DNA of 64,000 bases from Mesotaenium endlicherianum (Eukaryota): assembly GCA_009602735.1 (NCBI GenBank), contig WELA01002297.1, positions 924,126-988,125 on the forward strand, given 5' to 3'. Under the pieces are notes generated by a model that was not told where the DNA came from, searched no databases, and worked only from the letters and a program-made list of their open reading frames with translations. Position numbers and translations under genes: made by a program. The first letter of the stretch is position 1. Each line of letters opens with the position of its first letter. Below are positions 24,330-38,000 of the stretch, one piece after another.

Positions 24330-26187
24330 TCAGGCGGTCTCCCAGCCCTCGAAGGCCGTTCTGCCAAACTTGCCCCGGGCGGTGTTGAGGGCCCCCTTCA
24401 TCACACTGTAGCTGGAGAAGAAGGACGTCACCATCAGCCACTCGCCCAGCGTCATGTCGCCCTCCCCACCCCCGCCGCTACCAGTGCCACTCTCAGCTCC
24501 GGCAACCAGCCCTTGGCTCCCCCCCCCTTCCGCAGCCAGAAGCCCGTGCGTGGGCCTGGCGTTGGCCCGGCTATGTTCAGCGGGCTGCTGCTGCGTGCCA
24601 GGTCCTGCTCTACCAGGAGCCCTTGATCGTCCGCCCGCTTGCTGCAGGCCGTTAATCCTGCTGGGGCCCTGCTGTGCAGCAGCAGCAGGGCCGTTGCGGC
24701 CGGACCTGAGGTCACTGGCGGTGACGACAGGTGTGCAAAGCCTGGTGAGGGGGTACGCAGCGGTGCTGGAGCCGTGGGGACCACCAGTGGGGGGCCGGGC
24801 AGGGGGGTGCTGGGTGCACACCAGCTTGTTGTCCACGTGTCCTGCGTCCGTGAACTTGACCATCCCACGGACGTGCCAGGTGCCGACGTGGCCGGAGGGC
24901 AGCGTGGGGCCCAGCACTACGGCATCAAGAGGGTCCCCTGCACCACACACAAGACGAGTGAGTGCGGAAAGCTCGCACAACTGCATGCAGCATGTGACAA
25001 AAATCACAACATATGCAATCTATGATAGCTTGCTAGCAGAAGTAGCGGCTGCCTGGCATGTTGGTAAAGTATGTCCAGAGCCACCGGAGAAGACTCTGCC
25101 TTGTTAAGTGGTTCAACAGGGAGGGGGCAGCCTAGACGCCTCGGACGGATTTCACAACAGCACAGGCCAAATCCTGGATACGATGGAGGGCTAAAGCAGG
25201 AGCAGCGGCAGCAATAGTTCACTACAAGGCTCAGAATTCAGCCGGAAGAACAAACGCATGATGAATTTTCGTTCTCAGAAATTCAGCAGGGCCAGCAAGA
25301 CCTTTATGATATTGATAGGGGATCTAAGGACACAAATGACAAACACAGTATTTAGTGGCAGTGTCTTGCAGTGACTTCTGTCGCATTTTACTATTTCCTA
25401 AAAGTGGGCGTGCATTTCAGATCAATGACACGCTGCATCCACTCCTACCCTCGTCCTGCTCGTTGAGTGCTCCAGATTGGCAAGCACACAGTACCGCTGA
25501 ATGCCAATTGCTGCATGTGCATTCGGCCTTGTGCATACCTATGGATCTCTACAGAACCCTGGGATGAGTAGGGGGACAGTCTCAACAGATGTAACATTCA
25601 ACTTAAGAACCAGAAGGTCTTCACAGCAAATGTGACAGAAAAGGGTCTCAAGTGTCAAGTTTTGATTTACCGTCAGGGGCCATGATGCCCCGTACTGAGC
25701 CATAGTTGAATGGGCATGGGAGAGGACCAACAAAGTCTATTGATCCATCCGGTTTTTTCTTCAAAAAACTTCCCTTTGGAATTTCCACCACAACTTCGAC
25801 ATACTTTGGAACGATCAACTGTTAACACCAAAGGAAAATTGAAGTATTATCCAGCATCAGTGTACTGAAAACAGTGAAGTGACAAAAGATGGCCGATGGG
25901 AATAACGGAACCTATGATAAAACGAACCCACTTGATTAGTCCTTTCTAAGCAGAAAATGAAAGATATATCAATGCTTATGCCCACGTACAGAAAAAAACA
26001 TTTGGCTCGATTGTACAGGGAATGGCTTTCTGTCAACTGAAGAAAGTCCTTGGGGTAAGTAAGGAACAGAATCTTCAACATAAGGCCTAAAACAATGGTG
26101 ATCAGCTCGCTGAGCTTTAAGCTCAGCATTTGGGCCTACGTCTTTTGTCAGGCAGACAGATGCTCCGGCAAGTGACGTTGACGCCAT
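24330..26187 (-). CDS. Family I soluble inorganic pyrophosphatase-like protein, divergent compact type; 3 exons (26187-25990, 25818-25671, 24937-24330)
   Basis: Spliced product contains VEVVVEIPKGS...PFNYGSV...DGDPLDAVVLG...FTDAGHVDNKLVC...FFSSY, matching the family I PPase signature; intron phases are compatible. The first exon is less certain. Confidence 0.8.
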
Positions 26188-27169
26188 AATGTAGTCACCA
26201 GTTAGAACGTACCAGCTGAGTCACAACGGCTTCGATTTGCATGCATGGTTGTTACTAAGAAGCTCATCAATTATAACTTCAAATGTCTGAACGCACCCTC
26301 ACGCATTTTCATTATCAGGTCAACGAGGAATCGGTCCCTCGCTCGAGTATGCAGTGTGAACTGTGTTAAGGCTCAGGAACCTCAGAGCGTGCTCTAAGAA
26401 CACCTGAGTTCAAGCTTCAGCCTGAGTTACCTTATCGACATTTTATGTTATATATCCTATTCCAGCGCGTACGAAGCTGAGCGAACGTGAGGTTCACTTT
26501 GGCCGCTTGCCGTAGCATGGCTAACGACCGGGTACGGCGAGTAACGTCAAGTAGTCCAGCTCGGTCCAGCTCATCGGCCCACATCAGCCTCATCAGTCTG
26601 CAGCTGACCGTTACGACAAAAGACGACGAATTGTACAGCCGTTAGGACATCCTGGCACATCGGAGGAAGTGCACCCATCCAAGGGCATCGAAGGGTGTCG
26701 AAGTACCTTGATACATATGTGAAAGGGAATGTCAGTGAACATCAGTGAACACCGTTTGGTAGGTGGAAGTGGGCATCTGTGCTTACGATCGATAATGACC
26801 TGAAGAAAAACTGGACAACGACGCTGAGATGCGCAGAGCTATCACACCATTATCACACGGCCCACTATAGTTTTGAACCGACTCGCTGCAGTTGTAGTTG
26901 GGAGGGACTCTGCTGGTTTATGAAGCGAGTCACGTCTGGTTACTGCTAGTTATTAGACCGCGCTGGTCGATTGAGCGTTGCACTGGAGGGGTAGTGCATC
27001 TTAATGATCACTTGATGTGGATGCATGTTACGAAGCTGCTACGTGTGACATTCGTACTTAGTGTGTGAAATGGCTGGTGTTGTTCATGGGTAGCAGTCCA
27101 TTGAGCAGCAAGTTGAGACATTCTCGGGGAGGTTCTCTGGGAAGTAGATATCGGTTGTTCGACTTTAAC

Positions 27170-29692
27170 ATGGGACCTAAGAAGATGTCTGAGAGTATGG
27201 TTACCGTAGGCATTATAGCTTCTTGGTATTTCTCCAACATTGGTGTCTTGCTTCTGAATAAGTTCCTTCTGAGCAACTATGGTTATCGATACCCAATATT
27301 TCTCACAATGTGCCACATGACTGCATGTGCGCTACTCAGTTATGTCGCTATTGCCTGGATGAAGGTTGTGCCAATGCAGGTGAGCAATAACCGAAATGTT
27401 TTCTAACATAAACTTTCCGCTCAGGGATGGCAGGCACTTCTATAGCACCCTCAATCAGGTCTTTGAAAGTTGTGCAGGTCTTGTCCAGGTCACTATTACT
27501 TAAAAAACGCAGTGTTTGGTTGTTAAGCACTTTCATCGTCAATGAGTAGGTGTTGAACCCCTAGAAGTAAGTTGATCAGGACAGTAATCAGATAACTGTG
27601 TTCAGTCTGTGACTACTCACTCACATTTTATCTGGTCTTCTGCTTCGTGTCAGGCAATCAGGTCAAGGACACAGTTTCTAAAGATTGTGGCTCTCAGCAT
27701 CATCTTCTGTGCATCCGTCGTCAGTGGAAACATCTCTCTAAGATTCCTGCCCGTCTCCTTCAACCAAGCAATCGGGGCTACGACTCCTTTTTTCACTGCT
27801 TTCTTTGCGTACGCCATGACATTCAAGCGAGAAGCATGGCTTGTATATGCAGCACTGCTTCCTGTTGTGACGGGAGTGGTGATAGCCAGTGGGGTGAGTT
27901 ACTTGATCAGCTTGATGAACATGCACTGATGGTCATAATATACTGGAAAAAAGTCCTGCATCAGAGAGTCTTGCATTCGTCTTGTTTCTTTGTAGTAATG
28001 ATCTTATCTTGTGATACTGTATCGTGCTATTGCAACAGAGATGGACTTATACTTCTACTTCTTGCACTGATGCACGGAAGTAAGTTCACAAGCTGGCCAA
28101 AATCGCCGGGAGGTCTTGGCGGGGAAATGCTTGTGCTGCAGCCAGCTCAGATGAAGCAAAACCTTCTTCGGTCCAACAGTGCTAAAACCGTACCCATTGT
28201 CACTTCTGTCTTTTTGAACTTATGGCTCTCAGGGTAACATAGGCTGCATTTTCCTATGTGTTGCAGAGCGAGCCTAGTTTTGACCTCTATGGGTTCATCA
28301 TGTGCATAACGGCAACAGCTGCACGAGCCTTGAAGTCCGTAGTGCAGGGTATTCTCCTCTCCTCTGAAGGGTAAGTGCTACAGGGCCAGGAATGGTCAAC
28401 TTCTTCTCGAGTAATTAAGAAAAAAAGTTCAGGGATGGACCAGGTCCAGGCAAGGCTGGGGTTACTGTCACTTGGTACTTTAGTTCGCAGGTTTTGAACT
28501 TAAACTTGAAGCAAGACAGAATACTTAGGTGCTGACAAAACTATTCAGGACTCTGATCCGTCAGTGCTGGAACCCAATCTCCTGCCTGAGCAAGGGGATC
28601 TACCAAAAGCATCAGTGTTCATGCAGTGTTCTGTTGGACAAGGTAGGGTTACTTGAATGGTCTTAAAATAGGAGATGCTTTAATAGTGTGTGAGGCTGTT
28701 CTTGGAGGCAGTGGAGAACTTCTCTAGGTTTAATAGAGAAGTTCCTGTAAATGCATCACTGCATAAACCACCATAATTTCAGATGATTGCATTGGGGGCA
28801 TTAGGTGTGGAGGGGGAGGGGAGGCAAGCTGCAAAAAAAGAAGCTGAACGGGGTACATGGATTGGATTTGCTGGTGATTGGCTTGTTCTCGGTCTTGGCC
28901 CTGATTGGTCGATGCCTTTTGTGGTTTTTTGCAGGGAGAAGTTGAACTCCATGAATCTCCTGCTTTACATGGCCCCCATAGCAGTCGTGATCCTGCTACC
29001 TGCCACCCTCATCCTGGAAGACAACGTGCTGGGCCTCACAATAGCTTTGGCCAAGGAGAATTCAAACATTGTGTGGCTGCTCCTCATAAACTCGGCCACT
29101 GCTTACTTTGTGAACCTCACCAACTTCCTGGTGACAAAGCACACGAGCGCACTGACACTGCAGGTGAGCTAGTGGCTCATCGCGCTGTCTGAACTCTTCA
29201 CCCTCGGGGACCTTTTCCTCTAGCAGCTGGCTGCCAGCCATTTACCACCAATACCCAAAATACACCTCCCACATGGCTGTCAGGCCTCCAGCACTTGCCC
29301 TTGCACTAATATGCTCACAGAGATCTCCTCTTTGTTTTTGTTGGAAAGCATGATGAGGACTGTCCATGAGACTCGAGTACAATGAGGTCTTACTTGCAAA
29401 CGAAGGATGCTTGTAGTTTTAAGGTTGTACTTCTCTTGCTCTTGTTGTTATTTTAAAACGGTTGCGGCTTACGTTGTGGGGTGGTAGTTTGGGGCACTTT
29501 TGATTAGGTGTTTAACTCTTTCCTTGAACTTATTGCTGTGCACAGGTGCTCGGCAATGCCAAGGGTGCAGTTGCAGTTGTGGTGTCAATCCTCCTCTTCA
29601 AAAACCCCGTGACTGTTGTAGGCATGGCTGGATATGGTGTCACTGTGGCTGGTGTTGTGGCCTACAGTGAAGCCAAGAGAAGGAGCAAGTAG
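27170..29692 (+). CDS. Nucleotide-sugar / sugar-phosphate translocator (TPT family, drug/metabolite transporter fold), 5 exons
   Basis: [101 protein letters not shown]. An upstream in-frame ATG at 27086 is also possible. Confidence 0.93.
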
Positions 29693-30803
29693 GATGGCAC
29701 ACGCCTTTCGTGGATACGTTTAAGTCGTTAGTGTAGAGAACCCTTGGGGGTGCTGTATTAGTGGTTAGTTTGCAGTCATATTGAAGTATCTATTTTTTGG
29801 ACAAGCTCGTAAACCAGCTTCGACACCAAGTTTGGGGTTTGGAGAGCCTCCGCTCATTGAAGTCATGTGAAGAATGTGTGCATAATGGTCCACATTTATA
29901 TCAACAGCTAATCTGTGCCAACAGAGAAATTGAGCCACCAGTTTGAGTGCCAGTTTCAGAGCTTGTCAAGGAGGCAGACTACGCTAGCGTTGGGTGCTCA
30001 ATTAGGTAAGCTTGCAGGCTGAGTGGATGCAAGAAGTAGCAAATCAGTGTGGGAACATTATGTTGTCTGCACATGACATCAGTCAAGTCAGGCTCCCTGT
30101 TGAAAAGCTCCGCTAGCTCCTCCATTTGTGAAGCACCTAATTTTTTTGATGTACGTGACAGGTGGCAGCTGTCAATGATGCCGGTACATGTCAATGGCCA
30201 GTAGTTACAGTCAATTTGTAACACAATCGCATGAATTTCATGATGGCCGCGGGATAAGTGGGCACAGTAGCTTCCTGACTAACAATAGTAGCCTGAGCAC
30301 GTCACTCTAGCTCCTGACTAGCAATGGCCTTGAGCTTTCAAAAAGGCTACGTTTCAGATACCTGGCCATGCATAAAATATAAGGTACTAATTCATGCAAG
30401 GCTACTCTCGACAGCTGAAGTGATAAGAAGAGCGGGGCCAGCTACCCAGAGGGCTTTCCACGCCATCACCATCAACTCACTGAAACAGGTGTCAATTCAT
30501 GTACCAAAATCGAAGATAAAAATGGCTTTAATTGCGACCTGAAGCACAAATTTAAAACTGGGCCCGCGAATGCATGTGTCAAGAGGTATGCATGTTGTCA
30601 GCAGGCCCATACCCCAAACTGCAAAAGCTCAAAAGCGACGAGTCTCCAGAACAAGCAATATCCAACATACCTTAGTTGCAATACCCAATTTAATGGTCGC
30701 GATCCGCTTTCAGTATCGCTTATATTGCCCTACGTAACAAAAAACCTCGGACGATGTTGCGGCGAATGAAGCCTGGCAAATTCACAACAAACAGCCTCCC
30801 CGA

Positions 30804-30860
30804 ACCTACCCCTACGCTACCCTACCCTACTCTACCCTACCTTACACTACCCTTGCCTAC
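30804..30860. repeat. Degenerate (CTACC)n pentamer repeat downstream of the F-box gene stop
   Basis: acctacccctacgctaccctaccctactctaccctaccttacactaccc. Confidence 0.75.
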
Positions 30861-30928
30861 TGGCCCGGCCTGACAGCTTCAGATGAAACAAGAGCCGGTC
30901 GGTCACCATCACCAGGACCATCATCCGT

Positions 30929-33908
30929 CTACGGCGGCACGATCTGCGGCGACGTGTGGTGGTGCACCATGTACCACTCGCCGCCGTGCCGCTCGTAGGC
31001 ATTGGTGGCGAGGAGGGGCATCTCCGACATCCTGGCGTTGACGTACTCCTTGCACGTCACCCACGCCATGTCCCCCATCACCCGCACCCTCACGTCCTGT
31101 ATCTGGCAGTTGTAGCGCAGGTCCCACCCAAATATCAACCTCCAGCTCTCCATGACCGCGTCGTACCTGCGGGGGCCAGGTGGCACAGGAGTAACGCACG
31201 CAGCAGCCATGCAAGCCATGCATGCCCACGCGCGTCAGAAAGAGCCCAGGAGACTGCCATGCCAGACTTGCTCTCGACTAACTCCCTTGCAGAACCGCAG
31301 GAACGGCGACAGCTGGCCGGAAAGAACCCTCCCTGACGGGCGCCACGTGAAAGCAGGCTCTCAGAACAGACCACATGAGGAGTGCCGGGGGTGGACTTGT
31401 TCCGCACAGAGGCAGCAGGAAGCTGCAGCTGCTCCCCAAAGAGAACATGCCAGCACGCCTGCTTTGCCTCCTCCTCCCCCCCTCCCCCCCCGGAGCACAG
31501 CAAACGAGGGTTGCTCCCAGTCTGTGCAACAATGACTTAAGAAAGAGAGGGCAAGTTGGAATAGAGCCAAGGTCGGTGCTAGGTCTGGAAGTTAGCCGGA
31601 GGGGGAGCAAGGCGCAGTCACCACCACTAGGCTCGGCCGGCGCCTGTCATGCGAGTCAGCTGCCCGCAAGCAGGAGGAAGGAGCAAGCATAGGCATGGCA
31701 GGCTGGTCCCTCCGGTTGCAAGAGTACTTTCCCTCACCCTCCACGCACTGCGACTCATTCTCCACGCCCACACTCACTCTCTCTCTCTCACACACACACC
31801 AAGCGAAAACGTGGCGCATGGAGACCGGGACAAGCCCAAGAGTTTTGAGGGGGGTGTCCTACAGGACGGGCTGGGCCCCTAAACCCTGCCCCGCTCGGAA
31901 GCCCCCTGCTGCCACTCCCCCTGCAGCCCCAGGCGGGCCTCATGAGCCACCCACCCCCACTTGCAGCAGATACCCCACGGGAGTCTCCCTCAGTCGCCTT
32001 TGGGGGGAGGACAACACGCACATCCCCAAGAAGCCAGCAACCGAGAGCGAGAAGCTGAGCTGCCCTGCCCTGCCCCGCCCCGCCACACGCCACACGCCAC
32101 ATACACGTCTCCCTCCTATGCAGCTCCGACTGCCTGCCCTCTCTTGCCCACTTCTTTGGTCCCCAGGACTTTCGCATGCACTTTCATTGGGAGCTGAAGG
32201 AAAAGAGTGCAGGAGGTCGTCCTGTCTGCAGCAAGGGAGAAAGTCCCACCCGCAGATGCCTTTTCATGCCCCCCCTCCGCCTCCCACTCCCCCTCTCCTC
32301 CCTACGCGTGCGAGAGATGCCGACCTCGTGGAGAGGAAGGTCACTCTAGGCTCCTCGCACCCACATGAAGAGAGCGCGTACGCGCATCGGCCTCTAGGGG
32401 ACCCAGCAAGGCTACCTCCTCCTCCCTTTCTTCCACCCTGCCTATACATCCTGGGGACTCAGCTCCCACCACCCTGCCTCCCCGGTTGCTGGGATCATAG
32501 CGCTGCGTGCCGCCAGAAGCTGACAAGTGGAGGCTGTGGAGTGGGACAGGGAGGCTGGCGAGGGGCGCTAGATCTTGCGGCCCGCCGGAAATGCTTCTGC
32601 CTCGGCAGGCTCAGGCTGCGACTGGGGTGGGGTGGAGGCCTCTGCTGCTCGTTACTATGACACGGCGCAGCTGCTCGTCGTTACTGGCCTCTGCGCTCTT
32701 TACTATGACATGCTTGCACCTCCACTGCCCCCGTGACTGAGGGTTGACAGGCTGACTGGCTGACAGGCGACAGGCGGGACTCTCACCCGAACTTAGCCGT
32801 GCTGCCGGGGTGCATGCATGAGACGTAGTTCTGCCGCAGCCACAGCTGGCGCATGTGCCGGAACGAGTTGGCGCCGAAGTAGGTGTAGAAGCTCTGGTTG
32901 ACCTCCTGCACCGCCTTCGTCTCCGCGTAGTGCTGCTTCCACCCCTGGGGCGGCCTCAGGCCCTCCTGCTCCCCGGTGAAGTCCTGCCAGAGGACTCGGT
33001 CCCAGCACCAACCAGCCCCCCGGCCCCCGCCCCCCCCAACCGCACCCGCACCGTCTTCCCCTTTCCCCTTAGGTGCGCACCTCGGGCGTCGAGAGGTCCT
33101 CGCGGAGAATGTACGAGCAAGCTACTGGTCAGGGCTAAGGTGCTTGTTTGCCTTTGGGCATGTTCAGCCCTCCGCCTGCCCCAGGTTATAAGTTAGATGC
33201 TTACACACGGCGTCATGACGCGAGCTTCTTACTTATTTTTCGAGGGAAATGAAAGGGGGGGGTCAAGAGGGGGGCAAGGAAGTGCGAGGGTAAGCTGTGC
33301 AGATGTAAATGACATAAACAGCAAGATAGAGCACCGAGTACTCTGCTTCGCTGGATAAAGGACATGATGAAGGAAGCTTTCTACCGTCTGCTGGTGGGCA
33401 CAGCACAGATTACATTTTTCTTTCCGGGCCAAGGCACGGAGCTTGCAATCGTGAAGCACGCGTTAATGATGTGGGCGGGTGAGGGTCGGGGAGGCGAAGT
33501 GGAAGGGGGGGGGAATGGGGGGGGGGGGATGGCTGGCTTGTGTGGTAACAAGCATACCTTTTTGAAAAGAGTTTGCCAAGCTGCATCGTCATTTGCTGCC
33601 TGTCGCATCACTGAATTCGTCATGGACAATGAGCAGAGGCTCCTAAAATCCAGGTAGCTTAGAGCATGGTGGGTTACTTCTGGCACGAGCTGCTCCATCA
33701 TAGACGAGGCTATCAGGTCACTGGACTTCCTCTGCTTTCGTATTGCTATGGGGCTCGCATGTGCCCCGGCCTTCTTAAGGACAGGAAAAGAATGTCGCAC
33801 AAATTGACCACCGAGAATCAGACAAGCTAAGCATAGCAGGGATGCAACGACAGCAATGTAAGTCCTTTCGTGGCCCAGGTCCGGGTCGTACAGGACCAAG
33901 TTGATCAT
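30929..33908 (-). CDS. F-box protein with C-terminal SnoaL/NTF2-like domain (SKIP8-like), 3 coding exons
   Basis: F-box SMMEQLVPEVTHHALSYLDFRSLCSLSMTNS...AANDDAAW; middle exon DFTGEQ...GWKQHYAETKAVQEVNQSFY...CMHPG; last exon YDAVMESWRLIF...DVRVRVMGDMAWVTCKE...ATNAYERHGGEWYMVHHHTS. Confidence 0.88.
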
Positions 33909-35014
33909 GGCGGTCAACAAGAAAGGACCTTCGGGGAGCGCAACATAGTAAGCGCTAGCGGAGCATTAACTAACCCGTTGCTAGTGGTTGAAGGCATGCA
34001 CTCCATCCATTACATGCTTTTTTCCTCTGGTCGAACCATAATAAAAATAGTCAATCAGGGGGTACTGTTGGTCTTGCTTCAGGCTTCGGCGACAACGGGT
34101 ACCCTCTCGCTAGTATCCTCTCCGTCGCTATTACTGCGTGCTGCTGCTCCAAGTCAAAATCAGAGTACAGACTCCAGAGCACATTATTTCTTATTTCGTC
34201 AACAAAGATCCCAGACAGGAAAAACGTCATGGTTGACCATACTAACTGAGTCCGAGCGTCAAATACAGTCAATGTGATCTCAAGGACACGGCAGGATCAG
34301 GGCAGGATGGTGCAGGACCAGCCAGGACAGGTCCACGCCGGTCCACGAGGATTGAGGCAATTTGATTCGCCTGCCTGACTCTTCAAGCTGGTTCAAGCAT
34401 GAGAGACGCTTCGAACGTGAAAGGCGGGAGAAGCGCAAAAGCGTGCGCGAGCTGTTGTATATGCGTCGACTTCAGCTCAAAAGAGAGTCCAAAAAGTGGG
34501 CATTAAAAAACAGTGATGCCGTTGCCGTTGCTACCAGCGGTTCAAAGAGAACATAATTTGTTCACCAACTTGACTTGTAAATTGGATGAAGGAACAACCT
34601 TTTCAAAAAAGGTGCATCAAAAGATGTTCGGCACAGAAGCAAAGGGTGCACGGTATTTGCCCTCGTGCATATTTTGCAAAACATATGAACAACCTACATA
34701 TGTTGCAAGTTGTCAAAGGGTGTGCATTAGATAGTCGTTTGGAAGATGAAGACGCATTCATGCTCATTGTGCACGAGTACTTCAGATGCGCGTGTTATTT
34801 ACCAAATCTTGGTTAATCAATGTGTAGATTCCTAAGGAAAAGAATGAGTCCGCTCCATATCACAATGGCGTAGACTTGAATTTTTCACAACACAAAGCAC
34901 CAGCCAGATACACGCTCATACACGTCGAAAAGATGTGCCAACATAGGACACGCATGCACTTGGCCCATTTCATTATAAACATTGAACAACGAATTTGATT
35001 CCAACATCGTCCAG

Positions 35015-38000
35015 CTACACAGCGTGAAACTGAACATACCCACCTCGTCTCGTTTGCGGCAGTTTCAGCCAAGCGACTATTCCAGCACCAAGAGCAAACA
35101 CAGCAGCTGCTGCAAATGCTGGCTCATTTCCTCCCCCGAAGAGAGCATCCCAAGGTCCCGCTCCAAGAGCGACAACAATCTGTACAAAATTCCAGAAACG
35201 TGAAGTGGGCTCGTCAATTTTGGCCACATGCCACAGAGACGTAACTTTGAGTACACGTATATTTGCAAGAAAAGTGCGGAACACACATTCTGCACACAGA
35301 TTCACTGTTGAAGCCCAGTGCTTGAAGAAGTAAGGAACAATAAATCACTCTAGCATCTGGCAGAGGAGGGCATAAGCAGTAAAACCAGGGGAAGTGAACC
35401 CAGCAAGTGGCTTCAATGCATGCATTGGGTTATGTGGCACACACCGCACCTGTGGTAAAACGATGGCAAGATTCAAGATGCCCATCGCAAGACCTGCACA
35501 AACCACATCCATGAAAAACTTAGTCCTGGGTGAAGCTTTGCTAGAGGGGGAATGGTCAGGAGAGTACGCCCGCACCCCTCCCATTACCTCACTTTCCACC
35601 AGCAAACATGGTTGCTACTCGTAGATTGCACCGGTACACGTTGGTACACGTTAAAATGAGTACTATACTTGAGAACGAGGATTGTGGAAAATGAAATAGC
35701 AGGAGAGGAGAAGAACCTTCGTGTGGCGGGGGATAGGCAAAAAAATGAAGATGCGGAATGGCAAGAGAAACTCTCAGAATAAGCAAATACCTTGGCCGCC
35801 ACCGCTATTGGAGGTGAACTCAGCAGTCAAAGCATACGGTACACTGAATGTGATCTGCACCCATCACGAGCCCCCGCACATGCCACTTGTCAGTCAGCCA
35901 CACGTGCTTGTGCACGGCTGCATTTCCGACAGGGGGCAAACATATTATGCATGTACTGAATTTGGTACCAATATTGCCAGCACTCACGCAGGACAGGAGC
36001 AAAAAGCAGAGTCTTAGGTTCCGTAGGAACGAATGTTGACAGACCGGCAAGCAAGCGGCGACACAGAGGCTGCCTTGGTTCCCAGTGACAGGGAAAGGGT
36101 GCCAACTTTGTCCCCATGCGCAGAAAATGCACGCAGTGCACAGGTGCACGCCAGAGCAGGTACAAGCGGAAAGAAGGAGCCAAACAGCCCCGGAGAATTG
36201 CAGCAGCAGCGGCAGCGTCAGCAGGGATTGCGGAGAAAGCGTACCGCAAACGGGGCCCCAAGAACGGCAAAGATGGCGAGGGCCGCATGCTTGACCCAGG
36301 CGGGATGCGACACCACCTCTGTGCCGCCCACACGCGCGACGTGCACAGCCACGGCCGTGATGGTGCACGTGGCCGCCATGCACACGCACACCAGCAGGTT
36401 GCCAGCCGCCCACACGTTCTTGGCCCCCATCAGGCGGCACAGCGGGTCGATGGCCAGCGACGTGAGGGCCTGGACAACCTGCAGCACGTCCCATGCGCAC
36501 AGCCGGAAGTCCATGCATTCAGCTGCCACTCGTGACATAGGGCCACCCCAGGGTCGGATATCTCTTGCATGCGTACGATCAAGTGCGCGATTGCTGATGC
36601 GCTCTTCGTAGTGGTGGGAGGATCTCGCTTCGTCTGTGTCATCTGTGTGTGAACCAGGGACAGCAAAGAACCACGTTCACAGTGACAGCCTGAGCATGCA
36701 GGCGTGGAGCTCGTCAACCCCGCAGCTGTCACAATCAGCCAGACGCTAGTCGTTTGCAACGGAGAAGGAGTTGTAACTCCCTCGTTCCCCAACAAACCCC
36801 TGAGTAGTGAAGCAAGCTGGAGTTTGCCTCGGTGCCGCAATTGGTCCCCACTGCGAGCCAGCCGAGCCAAGAGGGAGGCTAGGCTTTCTCACCACGCAAA
36901 TCCCAGGACCGTGTGCAATTGACGACATCGCAAGACGTCAGAAACAGGACTAAGTGTGTCCAGATTGCTAGTGGCAGCCCCGGGCCCCCCATTGCAAAAA
37001 GATTGATGCAAGGGGGAAGAGAACGAGAGAGAGTGTATTACGGAGTTGAGCAGGAGGCCCAGGGCGCCCTCGTGGACCCCTTGCTGATAGAGAGCTGCCG
37101 CCTCCGAGGTGTCCCCCAGGTGGCCAGGCTCTCCCAGGAAGATCTCACGCCCCATCCAGTCTGTGTCAAACAACAGGAAGGGGAACCACGCGGTCTGCAC
37201 GCCCGCAGGGAAGCAGGCCCACAGACACCGGCAGGCGGATCGAGTCAGTGGCTGTCACGAGGAAGCAAAGCAAGAAAAAGCAGAAAGGCATATCTTGCTG
37301 CTACGCCAAAGCTGGCAGCAGAGGCAGAAATAGGGGGAAGCAGCCGTGCACTGGTGCTCTTGCTTACGATTGTTGACAGCCTGTTTGCCTGCCTGCCCTT
37401 CTGCCCGTCTGCAGGCTTTCAGTAGCTGACGTCAGCGTCGCCAGTTGTTGCACTGGATCCTATGCAGCTATGCCCTTCTGCCAAGCCTCGACAGCTGGCA
37501 GCCTTTGAAGCAGGCATTTCATGTGCACCTTTCTTGGATGCAGGGCTTTCGTATGGACCAGCAGGGGCAGATGATGTGACGTGAAGGCTACAGTAGCTCT
37601 GAGCTTGCGCCAGCACGCTTCCGTTCCTTTCTGCAGAAAGTAGAAGATGCACCAGTAGAATGAAGAGTTGTGGAGAGAAGGGGGCAAAGGAGGAGGAAGG
37701 AGAGGAGGAGGTGGAGGGACCAGGTGCGCACCCAAGACAGGGCCATGACGAGCAGGATCATCTTCATGGTGGGCGGCAGAGCCCGGATGCCCACGAGGAG
37801 ATTCACCATGACAGAGGCTGGTCCCCCTCCCACGCCAGCCTGGTCCTCCGCCTTGTCGGCGGCGGTGGCGGCAGCCGAAGCATCCACCCCCACCTCCTGG
37901 AAGCCTCGTTCCCCCTCCCCTCCTTCCCCTCCTGCTGGGCTGCGGGAGCCCTCCGGTGCGGCGCTCCCGTTGCTGCCGCCGCGCGCTCTGTTCTCGTCGC

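Noticed and set aside
23951..24367. Minus-strand poly-Q ORF overlapping the PPase stop
   Set aside because: Explained by CTG and other simple repeats in probable 3' UTR; no frame-compatible splice into it was found
31135..32740. Many overlapping ORFs up to 321 aa on both strands
   Set aside because: They lie in a GC-rich intron of the F-box gene, where stop codons are scarce; no recognisable domains
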